Shown here one piece after another: positions 58,609-64,000 of a DNA stretch of 64,000 bases. Made by a program: the position numbers and the translations under genes. The notes under the pieces are model-generated. The model was not told where the DNA came from and did not search any database. It was given only the letters and a program-made list of their open reading frames with translations. The first letter of the stretch is position 1, and every line of letters starts with the position of its first letter. The stretch comes from Candidatus Bathyarchaeota archaeon (GTDB taxonomy: Archaea > Thermoproteota > Bathyarchaeia > 40CM-2-53-6 > RBG-13-38-9): the NCBI GenBank assembly GCA_018396915.1, contig JAGTRD010000003.1, positions 173-64,172 on the forward strand, in the 5' to 3' direction.

Positions 58609-59880
58609 TCATATTACTTGCATATTCTCTATGACTGCGTCGGCGAACTTTGATGTTCCTATCGGTTGGACCCCTTCAAGTTGCCTTGCAAGGTCGTATG
58701 TCACCCTCCTCTGGCTTATGGTCCTTGCAATAGCCTTCTCAACCTTATCCGCGGCCTCCTTCCAACCTATGTGTCTGAGCATCAGAACTCCTGAGAGTAT
58801 CGTCGATGTTGGGTTGACTTTGTCCTGGTTCGCGTAGGCTGGGGCTGTTCCATGTGTAGGTTCGAAGACAGCTACCCCAGTTTCGAAGTTTATGTTTGCC
58901 CCTGGGGCTAGTCCTAAGCCACCAGCCATCGCGGCGGCTAAATCTGAGATGTAATCGCCGTTCAGGTTTGGGAGGACGAGAACGTCATACTCTCCTGTTC
59001 TGAGTATCAGTTGCTGGAACATATTGTCGGCGAGCCTGTCTTTGATTATGATCTTGCCTGGCGGTGCGGCGCCTCTGTATGGGCCTTCAGGTTTAAGTTC
59101 ACTTTCAGTGACTATTCTGTCTTTGAACTCTGTATTAGCAACCTCGTAGGCCCACTTCATGAATCCGCCCTCAGTATACTTCATTATATTCCCCTTATGG
59201 ACTATGGTGACGCTTCTTCTGTTGTTTTTGATTGCGTAGTCTATGGCGGCCCTCACTATCCTCTTCGTAGCGTATTCACTTATCGGCTTGATCCCTAGGG
59301 CTGAGTCTGGTCTGACCTCGCTCTTCAACTCCTTCCTGAGGAAATCTATGAGTCTTCTAGCTTCCTCTGAACCTTCCTCAAACTCTATTCCAGAATAGAC
59401 GTCTTCAGTATTCTCTCTGAATATGACTAGGTCTAGCTCTTCAGGATGCTTCAGCCTTGAGGGTGCTGATGGAATATATTTGACTGGTCTCACGCAGGCG
59501 TATAGGTCGAGCCTCTGTCTGAGGGCTACATTCAGGCTCCTGTATCCTTCAGCTATTGGTGTCTCTAGTGGTCCTTTGAGGGCTACGACATGTTCTTGGA
59601 TGGTCTTCAGGGTCTCCTCAGGTAGGGATTCACCATACTCTTTCGTTGCCTTCTCTCCAGCGTAGGCTTCGACCCAGTTTATTCTCCTACGGGTTCCATA
59701 AGCGCCTTCAACAGCTGCGTCTAAAACTCTTAAGGCGGCCCTGACGACTTCGGGACCTATCCCATCACCCTCAATATATGGTATGGTTGGTTTATCTGGG
59801 ACAGCCAAGGTTCCGGAGACGCTGACTATTCTTGAACCCTCAACCTTTATAGTTCTATTCTTCAGACTTGCATCCATCAA
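58609..59880 (-). CDS. icd: NADP-dependent isocitrate dehydrogenase
   Basis: [41 protein letters not shown]. Confidence 0.95.
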   Translation of the reverse strand: MMDASLKNRTIKVEGSRIVSVSGTLAVPDKPTIPYIEGDGIGPEVVRAALRVLDAAVEGAYGTRRRINWVEAYAGEKATKEYGESLPEETLKTIQEHVVALKGPLETPIAEGYRSLNVALRQRLDLYACVRPVKYIPSAPSRLKHPEELDLVIFRENTEDVYSGIEFEEGSEEARRLIDFLRKELKSEVRPDSALGIKPISEYATKRIVRAAIDYAIKNNRRSVTIVHKGNIMKYTEGGFMKWAYEVANTEFKDRIVTESELKPEGPYRGAAPPGKIIIKDRLADNMFQQLILRTGEYDVLVLPNLNGDYISDLAAAMAGGLGLAPGANINFETGVAVFEPTHGTAPAYANQDKVNPTSTILSGVLMLRHIGWKEAADKVEKAIARTISQRRVTYDLARQLEGVQPIGTSKFADAVIENMQVI

Positions 59881-59946
59881 AGTTCACGACGTTTGAATCT
59901 TTTATTCGGTTGAATGATGTATTTAGTATTTCCCATGTTCGAATCT

Positions 59947-61269
59947 TCAATATAGGGTTTTGAGCTTTTCTCTCCAAGAAGGAAATTCTTCGGGGCTTGG
60001 ATAATTTAGAAAGTGTGTCTTGACTCTTCGCATCCTGTTGGAGACTTCTCTGAGCCTGAGGAGGAACCTCAGTCTACCTATGTTTCTGAGTATTCTTCCA
60101 GCCTTGTCTGTTAGGCTCAGGTTCAGGTCTCCTTCAAGACTCGCCTTTAGAACATCATCCTCCATAACAAGCTTCTGCGCCATCCCGTAATTCAACTCTT
60201 CGTCTGTTAGACTTTGTAGGAAGATTCTGAAGACATCCAATCCAGCCTGTTTGGCACCGTAGGCCGCCATATATTTCAGGTTATAGTTCCAGAGGCCCCG
60301 GCTGGTTGCATCGTTCTTCTCCAGGGCTTCAGCCGCAACCTGGGCTGCTATGGCGCCGCTGATCATCGATGGTCCTATGCCTCCGCCATGTATTGGGTTC
60401 ACGAGGCAGGCGGCGTCTCCTATGAACATAACACCGTCCCCTACCAGACAGTCGAGGGGTCTTCTAGTTGGAACAGTCCCCCCACCTGCATCTTGAACCT
60501 TTGAGTCTTTGAATATCGGTTTATTCAATATGTGCTTGTAGAGTTGGGCTTTAGGGTTTGGATTCTCAATGTTTGCTTGGACCCCAACTCCGACGTTGAC
60601 TTCTCCATTGCTTCTGGGGAAGATCCAGAAGTAGCCTCCCCTAGCAACCTTCTGGTTCAAGTATATGTGGCAGTAGCCTTGCTCAATCTCGACGTTGCTC
60701 CTTACCTCTCTGTAACAGACCATGAGGTCCCTCCTGGACACCTCCCTCTCAACATTGAAACCTTCAGGTAGACTCCGCCTGATGGTTGCTGCAACTCCAC
60801 TCGCATCAATGGTTACTTTTGCCTTCAAGACTCGTCTTCGACCTTGGCTTTGAGTGATTACGCCTTTGACTGTGTTGTTTTCGATGTTCGGGCCGATGAC
60901 AAGGGTTGAATCGACGAGTTCAGCTCCAGAGTCTGTGGCGTCCTTTAGGAGGCGCTGGCCGAAATTGTATCTGTCAACCATGTAACCCGAGACCCCTGGC
61001 CCATCTATGACGAAGACGCTGGAGAGGTCTGGTGAATATATTTTGACGCCGACCATCTTTGAGTCTAACTCATCACCTTTGGGGTGTGGGATCTTTAACT
61101 CATCGAAGTGATGGGAGCCTATGGCGTCGCCACAGACCTTCTCACCTATCTTGACTTTTGGTTTACAATCGATCAAACAAACCTTCAGACCCATCCTAGC
61201 GGCTTTCGATGCTGCTGTGCAGCCGGCTGTTCCAGCTCCGACGACAACAAGATCATATGTATCAGGCAC
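59947..61269 (-). CDS. Geranylgeranyl reductase family (DGGGPL reductase-like)
   Basis: GAGTAG, VCGD, GYFWIFP, GDAA..VNPIHGGGI. Confidence 0.9.
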   Translation of the reverse strand: MPDTYDLVVVGAGTAGCTAASKAARMGLKVCLIDCKPKVKIGEKVCGDAIGSHHFDELKIPHPKGDELDSKMVGVKIYSPDLSSVFVIDGPGVSGYMVDRYNFGQRLLKDATDSGAELVDSTLVIGPNIENNTVKGVITQSQGRRRVLKAKVTIDASGVAATIRRSLPEGFNVEREVSRRDLMVCYREVRSNVEIEQGYCHIYLNQKVARGGYFWIFPRSNGEVNVGVGVQANIENPNPKAQLYKHILNKPIFKDSKVQDAGGGTVPTRRPLDCLVGDGVMFIGDAACLVNPIHGGGIGPSMISGAIAAQVAAEALEKNDATSRGLWNYNLKYMAAYGAKQAGLDVFRIFLQSLTDEELNYGMAQKLVMEDDVLKASLEGDLNLSLTDKAGRILRNIGRLRFLLRLREVSNRMRRVKTHFLNYPSPEEFPSWREKLKTLY

Positions 61270-61376
61270 AAGCTCGACCTCACAGATGACGATTCAGATC
61301 AGAGAACCGATCTTTTATCACTTAAATATTTGATGGATGACGTTTCACCGACCTCTTTAGATGGGCCCTAAAGATT

Positions 61377-61913
61377 TCATGTCAGATGTAGGAATATCTT
61401 GAGGATCTCGACTGCGACTTGCCCCCTGACGACATTGCCTTTGAGATATGTGTCCCAGAAGTGGGCTATCGAATGGAAGACTGGATCAGGCTCTATATGT
61501 GGTAGAGATATCAAAATGTCATCATCGACCCTGCATATGTCGACGTGAACCCTACATATCCACCTGCTGTATCTGCGTAGCTCAGGATAGTCCTTGGGGA
61601 GGTTGAAGGGGAAACCTATTGGGCAGTAGACGGTTGGGCCTGGATGTCCGAAAGGATCTTGGACAACATGTCTGGTCTCGAAACCGTTCGACTCATATAG
61701 TTTTATGACCTCCTCAACAATCTTCGTATTGTGGTTAAGATACTGTTCTGGAGTTATCTGGAATGTCTGGTAGTAGTAGGTTTCCTTCGTCAAAGGGTCT
61801 TGGAAGCTTGCTGTCGAATAGTAATTTTCAACGTCGACTTTTCTGGGGATCCATGTCCAGTCAACAGGCTGTGTTTGAATATACTCTATTCTAGAGTATG
61901 GTTCCATCCACAC
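61377..61913 (-). CDS. Hypothetical protein
   Basis: 178-aa ORF, aromatic/Pro-rich, no recognised motif. Confidence 0.6.
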   Translation of the reverse strand: MWMEPYSRIEYIQTQPVDWTWIPRKVDVENYYSTASFQDPLTKETYYYQTFQITPEQYLNHNTKIVEEVIKLYESNGFETRHVVQDPFGHPGPTVYCPIGFPFNLPKDYPELRRYSRWICRVHVDICRVDDDILISLPHIEPDPVFHSIAHFWDTYLKGNVVRGQVAVEILKIFLHLT

Positions 61914-62307
61914 CGCCTACAATCGATACATAATCTAAAATGGTAAACATATTAATTAAGATGTTTTCATCATTTGGATGGCCGGTGCCTATTTATTCTG
62001 TGGCTTCACTCATCCGATATGTGTCTTCAATATCTGGGTGCTTGGCCGGTCATGCCGATATTTAGCCTGGAGATAGGATGCTATGGAAAGTATTCATTTG
62101 ATTTTGATCCATCGAACCTTTTCCAACCCAACAAGACTCACAGACGGGGAACTGACCTAGCTTCATTCCAGCCGGGAACGTGTTTTCAATTAGCTTGCCG
62201 CCGTATAGATTATAGCGTTACTGTTCAACTTGAATGGAGCAGTCAAGAAGGTTATCAGGCCAGATCCTTTGCCGTATTGGGATGGGTTTGGTTTGACGCG
62301 GGTTTGT

Positions 62308-62481
62308 TGGCGCCCCTCGCCAGGGGAGGCCTGCTTGCGCACCCCTTAGGGCGGGATTTGAACCCGCGTCACGTCTCCTCTTCGAACGATGTCGCACGGG
62401 TGACAGCCGTACATTCTAGACCCGCATAGGGCCTACTAGGCCAGACTATACTACCTTTATGCACCTTCTTTGAGGTTGGGC
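62308..62481 (-). tRNA. tRNA-Asp(GUC) with four BHB introns (4/5, 24/25, 48/49, 68/69), CCA encoded
   Basis: Exons 62481-62478, 62456-62434, 62413-62391, 62367-62348 and 62315-62308 join to GCCCAGG TA GTAT AGTCTGGCCTA GTAT G TACGG CT GTC AC CCGTG CGAC GCGGG TTCAAAT CCCGC CCTGGGC G CCA. Each junction is a bulge-helix-bulge. Confidence 0.9.
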
Positions 62482-62527
62482 ACGGCCAATCCTAGTCTGG
62501 CCACCCTCCTAATAGATTTAGAAGGAA

Positions 62528-62540
62528 CTTTAAAGCCTTT
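62528..62540 (-). promoter_or_regulatory. BRE/TATA promoter of tRNA-Asp
   Basis: Minus-strand AAAGGC-TTTAAAG about 50 nt upstream of G1, implying a ~25-nt leader. Confidence 0.55.
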
Positions 62541-62647
62541 CGAGTAGCGTTCAGGCTCGTTGATTCGAATACATTTGACGGTGCTCGATTGTTGCTCTTC
62601 TTATAGGCTGAAAGTTTTTAGGGCACAAAGAGGAGTAGGTGCTGTTT

Positions 62648-62757
62648 GGGCCCGTAGCTTAGTCAGGTAGAGTACCGGGCTTTTAACAGACTCGGAGGCC
62701 ACCCGGAGAGGTTTAAACCTTGGGTTAGGGTCCCGGGTTCAATTCCCGGCGGGCCCG
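62648..62757 (+). tRNA. tRNA-Lys(UUU) with two introns (37/38 and 43/44)
   Basis: GGGCCCG/CGGGCCC acceptor stem, CCGGG-CTTTTA|A-CCCGG anticodon arm, TTCAATT T-loop; introns 62686-62700 and 62707-62727 with BHB motifs; no CCA. Confidence 0.92.
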
Positions 62758-62932
62758 CTATATCATTTGGGTAAAGCAAGGCTTTCATCTTGAGGTGGGG
62801 TTGAGGAACTGGATGCAAATCTGGTTTAGACCTCTCAACAGTTGAAACGAGTGAAAATGTGTGAGAACTTCCGGTTTTAATTCAGGAGTGGGGTGTAAAT
62901 GGTTCTTCGGTTAAGTTTTGAGTATGTTACGT

Positions 62933-63006
62933 GCATTTGAGTGCTGATATGCTGGAGAGAACATGTATGTGTGTGTGGCAGTCACCCCCCACCCCCCCAC
63001 CCCCCT
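62933..63006 (-). repeat. G-tract-led degenerate dispersed repeat, copy B
   Basis: Minus strand AGGGGGGTGGGGGGGTGGGGGGT..TGCCACACACAC..CTCCAGCATATCAGCACTCAAATGC, similar to 30482-30546. Confidence 0.5.
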
Positions 63007-63145
63007 AGTGGGGTCGGAGGCTTACGGAAGTGATGTTGCATAAGAGGCGTTCCGATTCTGGATAAATGGGTCTCAACGGTTTTCACAATGTCCCTAAATG
63101 GGTTAGGCTGGTCGTCGATGTCCCTGTAATGTCTATAAGCTCTTA

Positions 63146-63166
63146 TGTGTTACATTAAGTAATACA
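63146..63166. promoter_or_regulatory. Inverted repeat, candidate antitoxin (RHH) operator
   Basis: TGTGTTAC-ATTAA-GTAATACA between a CTATAAG TATA-like box and the antitoxin start. Confidence 0.5.
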
Positions 63167-63180
63167 AAAGAGTTTACAGG

Positions 63181-63408
63181 ATGTGTTCTTTGAGTTCGAC
63201 GTTAACAATTAGAGTACCGAAAGAAGTCAAGGAGAAATTGAGAAAGTTTGATGTGAAATGGAGTTTGGAGATCAGGAGATTTCTGGAGGAGAGGGTTAAG
63301 CAGCTTGAGTCACTCTCGGTTATGGAAGAGATTTCAAAGAGGAGTGTAAATCGTAGGATCGAGATCGATAGTGTCAAACTCATCCGCGAGGACCGTGAGA
63401 GGAGATGA
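63181..63408 (+). CDS. vapB: VapB-type RHH antitoxin
   Basis: STLTIRVPKEVKEKL...WSLEIR, C-terminal SVKLIREDRE; ATGA overlap with the PIN gene. Confidence 0.85.
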   Translation: MCSLSSTLTIRVPKEVKEKLRKFDVKWSLEIRRFLEERVKQLESLSVMEEISKRSVNRRIEIDSVKLIREDRERR

Positions 63409-63824
63409 TAGTCCTCGACGCATAAGTCCTGGTCAAAATCATTATTGAGGAGTCGGGCTCCCATGAAGCCAGGGAGATAGTCTCCAGCGCACTCAACAGT
63501 GGAATGGAAGTCATAGCGCCAGATATTGCTCTGTCGGAATCTCTAAACGTTCTGTGGAAACACTGCTTCATAGTCAAGGACTTAAAGTCAGATGAGCTGG
63601 TGGCAGCTGTTGAAGACCTCTTGGCCCTGTGGAATGGTTTGAAGGAGTGCCCCATATGTTCGGTAGCGAGAGAAGTCATCCAGATTGCATCGTCCCTATC
63701 AATAACAGTCTATGATTCAATATATTTAGCGGTGGCTAGATTCTATAAGTCGAGACTTTTCACATTTGACCGGAACCTGGAAGAGGCAGCGTGGAAGCTG
63801 GGTATATCAACGTTACCAGGCTGA
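63405..63824 (+). pseudogene. vapC: VapC PIN-domain toxin with premature stop at codon 7
   Basis: MIVLDA*VLVKIIIEE...E.LNVLWK...ITVYDSIYLAVA...LFTFD; TAA at 63423-63425 where Ser (TCA) is expected. Confidence 0.85.
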
Positions 63825-63897
63825 GATACCAACCCAATTCTGACCAAAAACTTCAAACATGTTTCAGACTCGTTTAATGTTGGGGTTGGAGGTTCAG

Positions 63898-64000
63898 TTG
63901 GAGCCTATTCTATTAGCCGCCCTCGCTGTTCTTCTCTTCTTCTCATTCTGGAATGGCTTCACAGACGCAGCGAACGCTATCGCAACGGTTGTTGCGACGA
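63898..64000 (+). CDS. PiT-family inorganic phosphate transporter (5' end only)
   Basis: WNGFTDAANAIATVVAT signature; TTG after GGAGGT RBS (alternative ATG 63877). Confidence 0.8.
   Translation, partial: MEPILLAALAVLLFFSFWNGFTDAANAIATVVAT

Noticed and set aside
61974..62429. 151-aa plus-strand ORF
   Set aside because: Overlaps the tRNA-Asp gene on the opposite strand and has no protein-like motifs.
62985..63010. G-string as an ORB/replication origin
   Set aside because: No ORB consensus or repeated ORBs, no AT-rich unwinding element and no cdc6 in the window.
63423..63425. Stop-codon readthrough (Sec/Pyl) in vapC
   Set aside because: The codon is TAA, not TGA or TAG, and it replaces a conserved Ser by one substitution.
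62730..64000. Integrated element at the tRNA-Lys 3' end
   Set aside because: No integrase and no duplicated tRNA 3' end (att site) seen within the window.
1..64000. CRISPR array, rRNA, transposase or intein
   Set aside because: No regularly spaced repeats, rRNA-like tracts or transposase motifs seen; AtpA and the other proteins have normal lengths.

Overview
Archaeal chromosomal window. TBP, TFE, aMBF1, aTrm56, A-type ATPase, NAC and BHB-type tRNA introns identify it as archaeal. The gene content suggests a TACK anaerobe such as Bathyarchaeia, which is an inference. It holds a fermentative/catabolic block (tungsten AOR, ADP-forming acyl-CoA synthetase, Fe-ADH, malic enzyme, thiolase plus a DUF35-SDR fusion), a Zn/Mn ABC transporter with a NikR-like regulator, and a TBP with a small Zn-ribbon partner. 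An energy block contains a HydABC-like flavoprotein module with no catalytic subunit, the soluble subunits of a group-4 [NiFe]-hydrogenase next to porGDAB, rubredoxin, ferredoxin and atpABD. Also present are a conserved information-processing cluster, a YqjD/YqjE-like gene trio and a vapBC pair with an inactivated toxin. The standout is a tRNA-Asp(GUC) gene (62308-62481, minus strand) broken into five exons by four non-canonical BHB introns, two of them facing each other in the acceptor stem. Its 5' leader and 3' trailer carry 10-11 nt antisense copies of the D-arm and T-arm that look like built-in splicing scaffolds. A divergent tRNA-Lys(UUU) has two interdependent introns. All calls come from reading the sequence; no searches were run.
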